The translations under genes were made by a program, and so were the position numbers. The notes beneath the pieces were generated by a model that had not been told where the DNA came from, searched no databases, and saw nothing but the letters and a program-made list of their open reading frames with translations. A stretch of DNA of 64,000 bases. It comes from an uncultured Gammaproteobacteria bacterium. GTDB lineage: Bacteria > Patescibacteriota > Microgenomatia > UBA8517. This document shows positions 18,581 through 28,105 of the stretch, piece after piece. The stretch lies in contig CAZCXV010000002.1 in assembly GCA_964502815.1 (NCBI GenBank), positions 22,802 to 86,801 of the forward strand, in the 5' to 3' direction. Each line of letters opens with the position of its first letter. Positions within the stretch are counted from its first letter, which is position 1.

Positions 18581-19332
18581 TATGTCAAAACCAAAGAACC
18601 GTCTGCAGTAACTGCTACGGTCTCTTCGAAAAGCCCTGACATTTTACCATCTTGCGTGCGTATTGTCCAACCATCAGAATCGGTAACCAGCTCAGGGTCA
18701 CCGGCTGTGTACATAACCTCAATGGCAAACACAAACCCAGACTTAATAGTGATGTCTTCTGAGGCTGCGCCAGTTACCAAACAGGGAATGGGTGGATACT
18801 CGTGCAGGGCTCTGCCAATTCCATGGCCAACCAGGGATTCTACTGGGTTAAAATTTCCCGCTTTTAGGGCTTTTGCCATAGCAAGAGAGATGTCTACCAG
18901 TTTGTTACCCTCTCTGGCCTCATTAATGGCCATTTTAAGAGCCTTTTTGCCTACAGCCATCATTTCTACCAGTTTGGGGTCACTGCCCAGGTAAACACTT
19001 ATAGAAGTGTCTGTATGGAAACCCTTGTAATACATGCCAAGGTCGACACTAACAAGGTCGTTTTTCCCAAATACTAAATCTTTTCGGGGGATGCCATGGA
19101 CAATGCCGTCATTTACATTAATGCAGGTTGTCCAAAAGTATTCCGGAACCATTTTAAAAGAAGGCGAACCACCTTGGGAAATTATCCCTTCAGTGGCCAA
19201 CTTTTCGATCTCGGCTGCATTTACTCCCGGCTTAATGGCAGCAAGTATTTGCTTTTTGACCTTTGCAAGCTTGGCTCCACCCTCCCACATGAGGGTAATT
19301 TCTGCAGGAGTTTTGATACTAACCTGTGGCAT
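18580..19332 (-). CDS. map: type I methionine aminopeptidase
   Basis: Metal ligands in DLVSVDLG, GHGIGR.LHE and EVMYT contexts; 250 aa. Confidence 0.9.
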   Translation of the reverse strand: MPQVSIKTPAEITLMWEGGAKLAKVKKQILAAIKPGVNAAEIEKLATEGIISQGGSPSFKMVPEYFWTTCINVNDGIVHGIPRKDLVFGKNDLVSVDLGMYYKGFHTDTSISVYLGSDPKLVEMMAVGKKALKMAINEAREGNKLVDISLAMAKALKAGNFNPVESLVGHGIGRALHEYPPIPCLVTGAASEDITIKSGFVFAIEVMYTAGDPELVTDSDGWTIRTQDGKMSGLFEETVAVTADGSLVLT

Positions 19333-19966
19333 TTTTTATTCCTTCCACCAGCTTTGCCAAGTCAATCTGAATATCGTCAATTGGCCTGGCTCCATCCACT
19401 CTAATGAGTTTTCCTTGTTTGTCCAGATAATCTATCAGTTCTTTAGTGTTGTCATTGTAGTATTGAAGCCTAACCTTGACTGACTGGGGACTGTCATCCT
19501 TCCTCTGAATTAACTCTCCACCACATTCGCATTTTTCTCCTGGAGCAGGATTGGTGATAATGTTGTATACCTTGCCACATTTAACACAGATTCTCCTGGA
19601 GGAAATTCTTTTTATAGCTTCTTCTTCACTGATATCAAGAGAAATTATGGCATCAATATCGTCTCCTTTGGTTTTTAAGAACTTATCCAAGGCTTCATAT
19701 TGGGAAATAAATCTGGGGAAGCCTTCAAAAAGAATGTCTTTAAATTCAGAAATATGATCACGTAAAAAATCCAAAACATACATAGTCATTTCTTCCTGAG
19801 GAATAAGTTTTCCGGATTCCATAATTTCTTTTATTCTTGGGTTCTTCTGAGCCAACTCTCGGGAGAGATTACCTGTTTGCAAAAGATATAAGTTAAATCT
19901 TTTAGCCAACATTTCAGACTGAGTCCCTTTGCCAGAAGCTGGAGCGCCTAAAAGAATAATATTCAT
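19319..19966 (-). CDS. adk: adenylate kinase (zinc-lid type)
   Basis: P-loop GAPASGKGTQ, LID domain with CVKCGKVY...CECGG zinc site. Confidence 0.9.
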   Translation of the reverse strand: MNIILLGAPASGKGTQSEMLAKRFNLYLLQTGNLSRELAQKNPRIKEIMESGKLIPQEEMTMYVLDFLRDHISEFKDILFEGFPRFISQYEALDKFLKTKGDDIDAIISLDISEEEAIKRISSRRICVKCGKVYNIITNPAPGEKCECGGELIQRKDDSPQSVKVRLQYYNDNTKELIDYLDKQGKLIRVDGARPIDDIQIDLAKLVEGIKNATG

Positions 19967-20047
19967 GTTATAAGGCTATTATAATCCAAATTGAAGGCTA
20001 AAAATAGACTGTCAATTTCCAAAAACAAATTTTTTGAAACTGAAATA

Positions 20048-21019
20048 TTAAGTAACTCTGTTCTGAGGTTTTCCTTTTGCAAGAGAAGTCAAATTATCAA
20101 CCCAGATTGCATACAGATTCTCTAAAGCCTCTTTTGTATAGTAGCCAAATCCTTTTATCCCAATTGAGTTTTCGAGTTTGGCAAGAGGAGTATTGATTAG
20201 ATCTTCGCCTTCATATGCATATGAATCTACTTTTCCTGATTTTAAAGCTTGAGCCATTGCTTTTTCGTCAACCAACTCCCTATCAACAGTGTTTACAACA
20301 ATTACTCCCTTTTTCATTTTTGTAATTTCTTTTTTGCCAATCATATTGTTGTTTGCTTCCTCGTGGGTCGTGTGAAGCGAAATCGCATCTGCTTGTTTAA
20401 ACAATTCGTTGAGAGAGACCATTCTCACACCTTTCATTTTCTTTGGAGTTCTGTTGTAAGCAATCACTTTCATATCAATTCCTAATGCTAGCTGTGCAGT
20501 AGCCATACCGATACTCCCAAGTCCAATAATTCCCAATGTTTTGCCTTTGAGTTCAAATCCTTGTGTTAATCTATACTTTCCTTTTTGAGTTGCTCTATCT
20601 GAAACAAATATTCTTTTTGCAAGTCCTAAAAGCATTGCAATGGAATGCTCTGCAACTGACTGTCTTGAGTAACCGGGAACGTTGCTTATTGGGAGTTTTC
20701 TTTTCTTCGCGTATTCAAGATCTACCCAGCCAAAAGATGTTGTTGAAAGACAAACTCCTTTAAGATTTGGGAGTGATTCCATAATTTTGGTTAACTTTTC
20801 TTTTGCCTTTTCAAAACCTCCAAGAGGTTCTGGACTGGCGCCAACAATTTCAGCCCCTTTAGCCATTCCAAGCAATTTTTCCATTGAGAGAGCTTCTCTT
20901 GTTTTGGTATATACAACTTGACCCAAGGAAGATAACTGTTTTTGTTGGTCAGGAGTAAAACTATTTTTGGGATCAAAAATCACAATTTTCATTAAGTTGA
21001 ATATATCACTTTTTTTCAC
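20048..21019 (-). CDS. D-isomer-specific 2-hydroxyacid dehydrogenase family (NAD-binding)
   Basis: Rossmann GIIGLGSIGMATAQLA, catalytic R/E/H arrangement (NR..V.., HTTHEEAN); lies between adk and secY. Confidence 0.65.
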   Translation of the reverse strand: MKKSDIFNLMKIVIFDPKNSFTPDQQKQLSSLGQVVYTKTREALSMEKLLGMAKGAEIVGASPEPLGGFEKAKEKLTKIMESLPNLKGVCLSTTSFGWVDLEYAKKRKLPISNVPGYSRQSVAEHSIAMLLGLAKRIFVSDRATQKGKYRLTQGFELKGKTLGIIGLGSIGMATAQLALGIDMKVIAYNRTPKKMKGVRMVSLNELFKQADAISLHTTHEEANNNMIGKKEITKMKKGVIVVNTVDRELVDEKAMAQALKSGKVDSYAYEGEDLINTPLAKLENSIGIKGFGYYTKEALENLYAIWVDNLTSLAKGKPQNRVT

Positions 21020-21107
21020 ATAGTCAATTTTTGTAATTTAAACAAAAAATAGATTCTACTTTAGACTACATGTCTAGTTTATAAAGTACCTACCACTCGC
21101 GATGAAA

Positions 21108-21713
21108 TCAAATCTTTCTTTTTACTTCACCTGGTTCTCTGCCTGTAGTTACCAACTTTCCTTGTTTACTTGGCAAGTCTGATCTTTCTGTAATTTGTAG
21201 TAAAACACCAACCACTCTTTGCATTCCATGTATGTATTGTCTTTGAGCCTGTTCATTGTCGGGACCCCTGAGAGGAAAAAAAATACCTTCACGTTCACCT
21301 TCAGCATCATAAACTTGCATAAGAAAACTATTTAAATTATCAACAGACAGCCTGTCTAGTTTTTGACTTTCAGGAGGAAGGGTAACACTTAGTATAGTTC
21401 TCTCGCCTTCATCGGCTCTAACGGCAACTGCAAAATATAAACTGCCTTCATTAGACAGTGTACATTTAAAAGTTCTATTGCCAGAAAGATTTTCGTTTAA
21501 CATGTGAAAGGAATTGGTGCCTTCGAATTTTTCTCCTTCTTTTACAATTACTTTTTTAAGATTGGCTCTGACATCATTGATAATTGGAGCGATATCTTCT
21601 AGTGTGTTAACACTATCTGCTTCCAAAGAAGTAAAATCTTTCAGATTTTGCCTACAATCTTGATATTCTTTATACCTTTGTGCCAATTTTTCCTGAGTGG
21701 ATACTTCCGCCAT
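21108..21713 (-). CDS. hypothetical protein (201 aa)
   Basis: Clean minus-strand ORF between the dehydrogenase and secY; no recognised motifs; acidic, non-membrane. Confidence 0.4.
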   Translation of the reverse strand: MAEVSTQEKLAQRYKEYQDCRQNLKDFTSLEADSVNTLEDIAPIINDVRANLKKVIVKEGEKFEGTNSFHMLNENLSGNRTFKCTLSNEGSLYFAVAVRADEGERTILSVTLPPESQKLDRLSVDNLNSFLMQVYDAEGEREGIFFPLRGPDNEQAQRQYIHGMQRVVGVLLQITERSDLPSKQGKLVTTGREPGEVKRKI

Positions 21714-21778
21714 AAGATTTTATTTTAAAAAAAAGTTTGCAAATCTACGATTTTATAGCAATTCTAAGAATTGATACA

Positions 21779-23071
21779 TCAAGCTTTGCTTGTTATAAAA
21801 TGCTCATACCTTCTCATAATAAGCTGGGATTCTAAGTCTTTGGTCAGTTCAATTACCACTGACACTACAATTAAAAGTCCTGTTCCTCCAACTACCAAGT
21901 TTGGTATGGCGACAAAGTTTTGCACAATTGAAGGCAAAATTGCAATAATACCCAAAAAAAGTGCTCCTACTAAAGTAATTTTACTCAAAACCGATCCTAA
22001 ATATTTTGCGGTTTGTGGTCCTGGCCTAGTTCCTGGAATAAAGCCGCCGTTTTTTTGCAAACTTTCGGCAATTTTTTCCGGATTAAAGACCACTGTCGTG
22101 TAAAAATAGGTAAAGGCTACTACAAGCGCAAAATATAAAACATTATACAAAAGAGATTGAGGATTTAAGGCTGCTGAAATATCTTGGGCAATTTTGGCTA
22201 CCTGGGCATTTCCTGTCGAGCCCACAAAGTTAGACACCAAGGATGGCATCAAGATTAAAGATATGGCAAAAATAATTGGGATTACCCCTGCTTGATTTAA
22301 TTTTAGTGGCATATAGGAAGTGGCGCCTGCCACCTCTCCTCTAGAACGTCTTGCATAGTGGACTGGAATTCTTCTGACTGCTTCAGAAATCAAAACCACC
22401 AAGCCCATGACAATCACAGCCAATACTACAAAGAAGGCTACTTTGGCAAAATTTTCAGTTGTAACAAGTCCTTTTGTTTGGACAATAGAAGCCGGAAGTC
22501 TTGAGATTATGCCTGCAAAAATCAAAAAGGATACGCCATTGCCTACTCCATATTGAGTAATCAGTTCGCCAAACCAAATTGACAACATAGTGCCAGTTAT
22601 CATCGTAATAACTAGTGCCAATAACGCCCCAGGAGAAAGGGTAGCAATAATGCCTTGACCACGCAGCAGTAAGTACATGCCAAAAGCTTGCATAGCAGCC
22701 AGTGGAACAGTTAGAAATCTTGTGTATTGGTTAATTTTTTCCTGACCATACTCGCCCTCTTTCTGAAGTTCCTCCAGAGAAGGAATAACAAAACCTAAAA
22801 GCTGGACAATAATTGAAGCATTGATATAAGGCCCCAACCCCAGTGCCATAATAGAAAAGTTTCCCAAAGTTCCCCCTGAAAAAATATCAACCAAAGAAAA
22901 AAGGGCACTACCTTCAAACAAAGCCTTAAGAAGAGGTAAGTTGATGCCAGCTACAGGGACGTGAGCCACTAACCTAAAGATAACTACAATAGCAGCCGTG
23001 ATTAAAAGTTTTTTTCTAATTGCAGGCGTTTTCCCAAGCCTGACAAAAAATTTAGCAATTGAGGCAAACAT
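21779..23071 (-). CDS. secY: preprotein translocase subunit SecY
   Basis: 10-TM SecY-like sequence (N-terminal [25 protein letters not shown], plug and C-terminal YEHFITSK-like tail). Confidence 0.9.
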   Translation of the reverse strand: MFASIAKFFVRLGKTPAIRKKLLITAAIVVIFRLVAHVPVAGINLPLLKALFEGSALFSLVDIFSGGTLGNFSIMALGLGPYINASIIVQLLGFVIPSLEELQKEGEYGQEKINQYTRFLTVPLAAMQAFGMYLLLRGQGIIATLSPGALLALVITMITGTMLSIWFGELITQYGVGNGVSFLIFAGIISRLPASIVQTKGLVTTENFAKVAFFVVLAVIVMGLVVLISEAVRRIPVHYARRSRGEVAGATSYMPLKLNQAGVIPIIFAISLILMPSLVSNFVGSTGNAQVAKIAQDISAALNPQSLLYNVLYFALVVAFTYFYTTVVFNPEKIAESLQKNGGFIPGTRPGPQTAKYLGSVLSKITLVGALFLGIIAILPSIVQNFVAIPNLVVGGTGLLIVVSVVIELTKDLESQLIMRRYEHFITSKA

Positions 23072-23086
23072 TATGCTTATTTTATC

Positions 23087-23102
23087 ACATTACTTAAAAT
23101 GT
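23087..23102. promoter_or_regulatory. palindromic operator candidate ACATT-N6-AATGT upstream of the HTH-methyltransferase
   Basis: 16-bp inverted repeat 22 nt upstream of the MTase ATG, in the divergent secY/MTase intergenic region. N-terminal HTH-containing C5-MTases (M.SsoII/M.EcoRII/M.MspI type) autorepress via such operators. Confidence 0.35.
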
Positions 23103-23123
23103 TAATATAGTAACCCTTGCATT

Positions 23124-24395
23124 ATGCAGTGGTTACTTTATACTGGTGTTATGCAAACCCTCTTAACCGTCAATGAAGCAGCAAAAAAACTCGATATATC
23201 TGTAGATACAATAAGAAGATGGGATAAAAAAGGTCTTATTAAATCTCATCGGTCAAGTAACAATTATAGATTGTTCAATCTAGAAGAAATTGGTAGAATA
23301 CACAACAAAATCTCTAACGGAGTTGGAAAGTTTCAAATCTTGAAATCACTTACAAAGACTAACTACACAGTCATCGATCTTTTTTCTGGAGCAGGAGGTA
23401 CATCCCTTGGATTTGAAAATGCAGGACTAAAACACAAATTACTTGTTGAAATTGATAAAAATGCCGTCAACACTTTAAGAAAAAACCGACCTAATTGGAA
23501 TGTAATAGAAAGCGATATATCTAAAGTTGATTTCAGGGGTTTAGAAGCCGACATTGTTGAGGGTGGTTTTCCCTGCCAAGCTTTTAGTTTCGCTGGTAAA
23601 AAAATGGGGTTTGAAGACATTAGAGGAACTTTATTTTTTGAATTTGCCAGATGCATAAAGGAAGTACGTCCAAAAATCGCGATTGGAGAAAATGTTCGAG
23701 GACTACTTCAACATGACAAAGGTAAAACTTTAAATACCATGGTTAACACATTGAAAGAGTTAGGCTATAAAGTTGGATATAAAGTGTTGAGAGCTCAATA
23801 TTTTGATGTACCTCAAAAAAGAGAACGCTTAATTATAATCGCGGTAAGAAATGATATGAATGTACCAATTATGTTTCCCAAAGAAAAAGATTACATAATA
23901 ACATTACGTGAAGCGTTAAAAAATGTCCCAATCTCCGAAGGACAATCCTACCCTAAAAAAAAGGAAAATATGATGAAACTTATATCTCCTGGTGGCTACT
24001 GGAAAGATTTACCAGTTGAAGAACAAAAAGAATATATGGGAGCTAGTTTTTATATGGGAGGAGGAAAAACCGGCATGGCTCGTAGATTATCATGGGATGA
24101 ACCATCATTGACTTTGACTACTAGTCCAGCACAAAAACAAACAGAAAGATGTCATCCCGAAGAAACGAGACCTCTCACAGTTAAAGAATATGCACGTATA
24201 CAAAGCTTTCCCGATGAATGGATTTTTGAAGGCTCAATTGGTTCACAATATAAACAAATAGGTAATGCTGTGCCTGTTAATCTTGGTTATTATATGGGCA
24301 TGACTGCAGCAGATATACTCAATAAGAATGTTGACCTTAAAAAATATGATCTTTATAAGCAAGAAGAAATCATTTTCCAAGCTGCTCTTTTGTAA
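23124..24395 (+). CDS. DNA (cytosine-5)-methyltransferase with N-terminal MerR/excisionase-like HTH domain
   Basis: HTH LTVNEAAKKLDISVDTIRRWDKKGLI; motif I DLFSGAGGTSLGF, motif IV GGFPCQAFSFAGK, motif VI ENV, C-terminal QIGNAV (motif X). Confidence 0.85.
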   Translation: MQWLLYTGVMQTLLTVNEAAKKLDISVDTIRRWDKKGLIKSHRSSNNYRLFNLEEIGRIHNKISNGVGKFQILKSLTKTNYTVIDLFSGAGGTSLGFENAGLKHKLLVEIDKNAVNTLRKNRPNWNVIESDISKVDFRGLEADIVEGGFPCQAFSFAGKKMGFEDIRGTLFFEFARCIKEVRPKIAIGENVRGLLQHDKGKTLNTMVNTLKELGYKVGYKVLRAQYFDVPQKRERLIIIAVRNDMNVPIMFPKEKDYIITLREALKNVPISEGQSYPKKKENMMKLISPGGYWKDLPVEEQKEYMGASFYMGGGKTGMARRLSWDEPSLTLTTSPAQKQTERCHPEETRPLTVKEYARIQSFPDEWIFEGSIGSQYKQIGNAVPVNLGYYMGMTAADILNKNVDLKKYDLYKQEEIIFQAALL

Positions 24396-25119
24396 AATGT
24401 ACTTTTATATCTTCTGTTAAATCCAAAAGTACCTTTTTTATTAAAGTTTTCCCCTTTACTTTTAAAGCATTAGTGCCAAATAATTCGATTAGATCAGCAT
24501 AGAAATTTTCATCTCCAGTTAAGTGATGCCAAAATTCTTTTCCAACTATCACTGAATATTCTTTGTTAATATTTTTATAATTTCCACTAAGTTCATCTTC
24601 AGTTCCATAAAGTACTCCCACAATTAAATCTTCAAGTGAAATTGATAAATTATTCGTCCTTGCGAGATTTTTGACTGCGACAAAATGCCTAGATATAGTT
24701 TCAACATCATCTTTGTTCACTGTTTGTGGACCAGCTTTAATTTGACAATACTTTTTTCTCCCATCAAGTTTATCTTCAAATTCTATATCAATTCCAGAGG
24801 TCGTCGAAGCAAAACCTGAAAGAACCTGACTACAAAACTTTTGTAGATTATTACCAAAACTTGTATTTATTGAAGTACCCAATATACGTGGATATAAGAG
24901 TACTTTTGCAAGTGTTTCTGGTTTTGTATTACCGTCCATAAAAATTCCCAAATAATTTAATAAAAAAGGATTGTATTTAAACGAGGATAGTTTTCGCAAT
25001 TTCTTTAAGTTACTAACGTGATTTGGAATTATCGTTTCTCCAAAAAACTTTTTTGCGTTTTCTAAAATTTGTATTTTAAGCTTTTCGTCCATTCTCCCGG
25101 TAATATTAACACAAATCAA
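24370..25119 (-). CDS. putative type II restriction endonuclease (partner of the C5-MTase)
   Basis: Convergent with the MTase and overlapping it by 26 nt at the 3' ends. ~240-250 aa with no transporter or enzyme motifs; possible degenerate PD-(D/E)xK-like region GIDIEFEDK...CQIKAG. Assigned from context only. Confidence 0.4.
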   Translation of the reverse strand: MICVNITGRMDEKLKIQILENAKKFFGETIIPNHVSNLKKLRKLSSFKYNPFLLNYLGIFMDGNTKPETLAKVLLYPRILGTSINTSFGNNLQKFCSQVLSGFASTTSGIDIEFEDKLDGRKKYCQIKAGPQTVNKDDVETISRHFVAVKNLARTNNLSISLEDLIVGVLYGTEDELSGNYKNINKEYSVIVGKEFWHHLTGDENFYADLIELFGTNALKVKGKTLIKKVLLDLTEDIKVHFTKEQLGK

Positions 25120-25139
25120 TATTTACAAAAAAATGTAAC

Positions 25140-25571
25140 TTACTTTAAAGAGTTTTCAACAGATTTAGACATAGGAAGATTTATTTCAAGCTTCTTTTCC
25201 AGTTTTCCCTTGCCAAGAATTTTTACACCGTATTTTAAAGCTTTTTTGCCAACAATTTTCTTGTCGATTAAAAGATCAATGGTTACCTTTGTTCCTACCG
25301 GAAGTATATTTAATTTTTCTATGTTTACTGGCAGTGCCTTTGGATGGGTTTTGTTTTTTAATTTTCCTCTCAGAAAGGGAAGCCTATGAATTAAGGATTT
25401 TTTCACTTTCATGCCTTCAAACAAAATTCCAATCGAGCCTCTAGCCTTTTGACCTTTTTGTCCACGGCTTGAAGTGTGTCCACCTTTACCCGAACCATAG
25501 CCTTGGCCTTTTCTTTTGTCTTTCTTGGTTACAATCCTTTGTAATTTCATACTATTTTGTTTTCCTTTCAT
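25140..25571 (-). CDS. rplO: 50S ribosomal protein L15
   Basis: Gly/Lys-rich N-terminus KRKGQGYGSGKGGHTSSRGQKGQKARGS, typical of L15. Confidence 0.85.
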   Translation of the reverse strand: MKGKQNSMKLQRIVTKKDKRKGQGYGSGKGGHTSSRGQKGQKARGSIGILFEGMKVKKSLIHRLPFLRGKLKNKTHPKALPVNIEKLNILPVGTKVTIDLLIDKKIVGKKALKYGVKILGKGKLEKKLEINLPMSKSVENSLK

Positions 25572-26028
25572 GCATTTTATTTAATGTCTTTAAAGCTTCA
25601 AAAGTGGCATAGACATTTGAGATTTTATTGGAAGTTCCAAGGATTTTTCCAACTGCATCTCTGACTCCTGCAGCTTCTAAAACTACTCTCATGGTGCCCC
25701 CGGCAATTATTCCCGTACCCTTTGGGGCAGGTTTCAAAAGTACTTTAGCTGCTGAGAATTTTTCCCTTACTTCATAGGCCACAGTTGTTCCTCTCATAGA
25801 AACGGTAATCATATTCTTTTTGGCGGCAACGACCGCTTTTTGAATTGCTGTTCTCACATCTCCTGCCTTAGCAACACCCAAGCCAACTCTACCTTTTTTA
25901 TCACCAATAACTAAAAGTGCTGAAAATCTAATAGTGTTTCCTCCTTTAGTCTTTTTGCTGACACGTCTTATTTGAACTACTTGCTCATCAAATTCTTTTG
26001 GTTGCGGTACATAATTTGGGTTATACAT
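25552..26028 (-). CDS. rpsE: 30S ribosomal protein S5
   Basis: dsRBD VVQIRRVSKKTKGGNTIRFSALLVIGDKKGRVGLGVAKA and C-terminal S5 domain; overlaps rplO with no L30 gene in between. Confidence 0.9.
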   Translation of the reverse strand: MYNPNYVPQPKEFDEQVVQIRRVSKKTKGGNTIRFSALLVIGDKKGRVGLGVAKAGDVRTAIQKAVVAAKKNMITVSMRGTTVAYEVREKFSAAKVLLKPAPKGTGIIAGGTMRVVLEAAGVRDAVGKILGTSNKISNVYATFEALKTLNKMHERKTK

Positions 26029-26031
26029 AGT

Positions 26032-26370
26032 TTAGAATTTTAATCCTCCCTTTCTGGCGCCTTCGGCAACTGCTTTAATTCTGCCATGATAGGCAAAACC
26101 ATTTCGGTCAAAAACAACAGCCTTGATTTTTTTGCCTAATGCTTTCTTGGCAATTTCTTCTCCAATAAAAGTTGCCTTTTGCATTTTGGTCATTTTCTGA
26201 TCATTTTTGAGATCCGAAGCCTCGAGCAAAGTTATGGCTTTTTGGTCATCAATCAGTTGGGCATAGATATATCTGTCAGATCTGAAAACTGAAAGTCTTG
26301 GCAATTTGCCAGTTCCAGAAATCTTGGCTCTGATTCTTTTTTTTCTTGTTTGTCTGTCTTTAGTTACCAT
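26032..26370 (-). CDS. rplR: 50S ribosomal protein L18
   Basis: RKKRIRAKISGT..PRLSVFRS.R.IYAQ.ID and C-terminal FDRNGFAYHGR. Confidence 0.9.
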   Translation of the reverse strand: MVTKDRQTRKKRIRAKISGTGKLPRLSVFRSDRYIYAQLIDDQKAITLLEASDLKNDQKMTKMQKATFIGEEIAKKALGKKIKAVVFDRNGFAYHGRIKAVAEGARKGGLKF

Positions 26371-26376
26371 AGGTTT

Positions 26377-26916
26377 TTAAGCAGCCTTAGCAGCTTGCTT
26401 TCCCGCCTTTCTTCTGATCACTTCATCTGTATATTTAATACCTTTTCCCTTGTAAGGTTCGGGCTTTCTGACTGCCCGCACATTAGCTGCAACCTGGCCG
26501 ACTATGTCTTTGTCTGCTCCCTCAACTGTAATGATTGATTTCTCCAACTTAAAAGAAATTCCTAGCGGTGCTTCTACAATTACCGGGTGAGAGTAACCAA
26601 TATTTAGTATTAATTGGTTACCCTTAACTTCTCCTCTGTAGCCTGCGCCAACTATTTCCAAAGTCTTGCTCCAGCCTTCAGTTACTCCTTTAACCATATT
26701 GGCAATATGGGATCTAGTTGTCCCTTGCAACGAAAGTGACTTTTTATCGGTTCCTTTTCTTTTTACCTCAATTAAATTATCTTTTTCCAAAACACTAACT
26801 CCAGGGGTAGCTTTTTCCAAAGATCCCTTGGGTCCAGTAATCTTAACTTGTCCAGGGTTAATCTCGACTGTTACTCCACTTATTATTTGTATTGGTAGTT
26901 TTCCAAATCTTGCCAT
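26377..26916 (-). CDS. rplF: 50S ribosomal protein L6
   Basis: Two-domain L6 signature (MARFGKLPIQI..GV.V.I; GYSHPV.V..P.GI). Confidence 0.9.
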   Translation of the reverse strand: MARFGKLPIQIISGVTVEINPGQVKITGPKGSLEKATPGVSVLEKDNLIEVKRKGTDKKSLSLQGTTRSHIANMVKGVTEGWSKTLEIVGAGYRGEVKGNQLILNIGYSHPVIVEAPLGISFKLEKSIITVEGADKDIVGQVAANVRAVRKPEPYKGKGIKYTDEVIRRKAGKQAAKAA

Positions 26917-26948
26917 AATTGTGTTTACTTATTGATTCCTTTTAGTCA

Positions 26949-27326
26949 TCACCAAATCTCAGCTATTACCTCTCCTCCCATTCCCAGTTTCAAAGCCTGT
27001 TTAGTAGAAACTACACCTTTTGGGGTAGAAATTATAAATATCGATCCACCCTTGTGCTTGGCTAGTTCATCTACAGTGACATAAATCCTCAAACCCGGCT
27101 TGGAAACTAGTTTCAAATCCAAAATTACTGGCTCTCGGTGGTCGTAAGAGAGTTTAACTGATAATTCTCTGTCTTTTTCTTCAACTTCAGACAAAAAACC
27201 TTCCCTCTTCAAAACTTGGGCAACCGCTTTTTTAAGCGTAGATGTTTCAACTACCACATCTTTCCTGGTAGCCTTAGCCGCATTTTTTATTTGTATTAAA
27301 AAATCTCCTACTTGATAGTTTGTCAT
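26949..27326 (-). CDS. rpsH: 30S ribosomal protein S8
   Basis: Start at internal Met (MTNYQVGDFLIQIKNAAKA, matching the S8 N-terminus). The track ORF's 47-aa N-terminal extension overlaps rpsZ and is rejected. Confidence 0.85.
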   Translation of the reverse strand: MTNYQVGDFLIQIKNAAKATRKDVVVETSTLKKAVAQVLKREGFLSEVEEKDRELSVKLSYDHREPVILDLKLVSKPGLRIYVTVDELAKHKGGSIFIISTPKGVVSTKQALKLGMGGEVIAEIW

Positions 27327-27327
27327 C

Positions 27328-27513
27328 TTACCAACTTGCCTTCCTAACCCCTGGAATTTCTCCTCTAGAGGCATACTCCCTAAAACAAAGCCTGCAAATT
27401 CCAAATTTGCGCATATAACCACGTTGCCGGCTACACAACCTGCAACGGTTTCTATATCTAATTGCATATTTCAATTTTTTTGTTTCTCTAACTATGTTAC
27501 TTGTTTTTGCCAT
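27328..27513 (-). CDS. rpsZ: 30S ribosomal protein S14 type Z (zinc-binding, 61 aa)
   Basis: [23 protein letters not shown] is a Cys4 zinc-ribbon S14 of the short (type Z) form. Confidence 0.85.
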   Translation of the reverse strand: MAKTSNIVRETKKLKYAIRYRNRCRLCSRQRGYMRKFGICRLCFREYASRGEIPGVRKASW

Positions 27514-27518
27514 CTGTC

Positions 27519-28067
27519 TTAATTATTTTCCTCTTTTGCAAAAGGCATACCCAGGTATTCTAGCAACTTTCTTGATTGCTGCCTGTCTTTGGTTGAGGTA
27601 ACAATAGTTATCTCAAGACCTTTATTCTTGTCCATTTTTGAAATGTCAATTTCGGGAAACATAGTCATTTCAGAAAAACCTATTGAATAGTTGCCTGCCA
27701 TGTCAAAACCCTTGGTGGGAATCCCTCTAAAATCCCTGATCCTTGGTAAAACTATTGAAATAAGCTTGTCCAAAAAGTTATACATTCTAACGCCTCTGAG
27801 GGTTACTCGCAAGCCAACCGGCATTCCAGCTCTAATCGAAAAACCAGCAACTGAAAGCTTGGCGGGTCTAATCTGCGGCTTTTGCCCGGTAATCATACCT
27901 AACTCTTCGGCTGTTTTTTCCTGCAACCCCTTATCTTTTATTAAATTTCCAATGCCCATATTGACGACAATCTTGGTAATCTTTGGCAATGCATTTGGAT
28001 TTTTAATCCCAAATTCTTCAGCCAATTTCGGTCTCACGTCTTTGGTATATTTTTCTTTTACCGACAT
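27519..28067 (-). CDS. rplE: 50S ribosomal protein L5
   Basis: Start at [40 protein letters not shown] (L5 consensus N-terminus). Track ORF extends to 28202 overlapping rplX; alternative start at 28106. Confidence 0.85.
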   Translation of the reverse strand: MSVKEKYTKDVRPKLAEEFGIKNPNALPKITKIVVNMGIGNLIKDKGLQEKTAEELGMITGQKPQIRPAKLSVAGFSIRAGMPVGLRVTLRGVRMYNFLDKLISIVLPRIRDFRGIPTKGFDMAGNYSIGFSEMTMFPEIDISKMDKNKGLEITIVTSTKDRQQSRKLLEYLGMPFAKEENN

Positions 28068-28105
28068 GTGTGTCGGAACTTTTGCTGTGTGTTTATTTTC
28101 GGCCA

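Noticed and set aside
27327-27467. N-terminal extensions of track ORFs for rpsH, rplE (to 28202), rpsG (to 43291), rpoB (to 50808), mltG (to 52016), sortase, ruvX, YecM-like and CoA-transferase
   Set aside because: The extensions overlap the preceding gene or run across terminator hairpins. Internal Met residues align with the canonical N-termini of each family, so the shorter forms were annotated.
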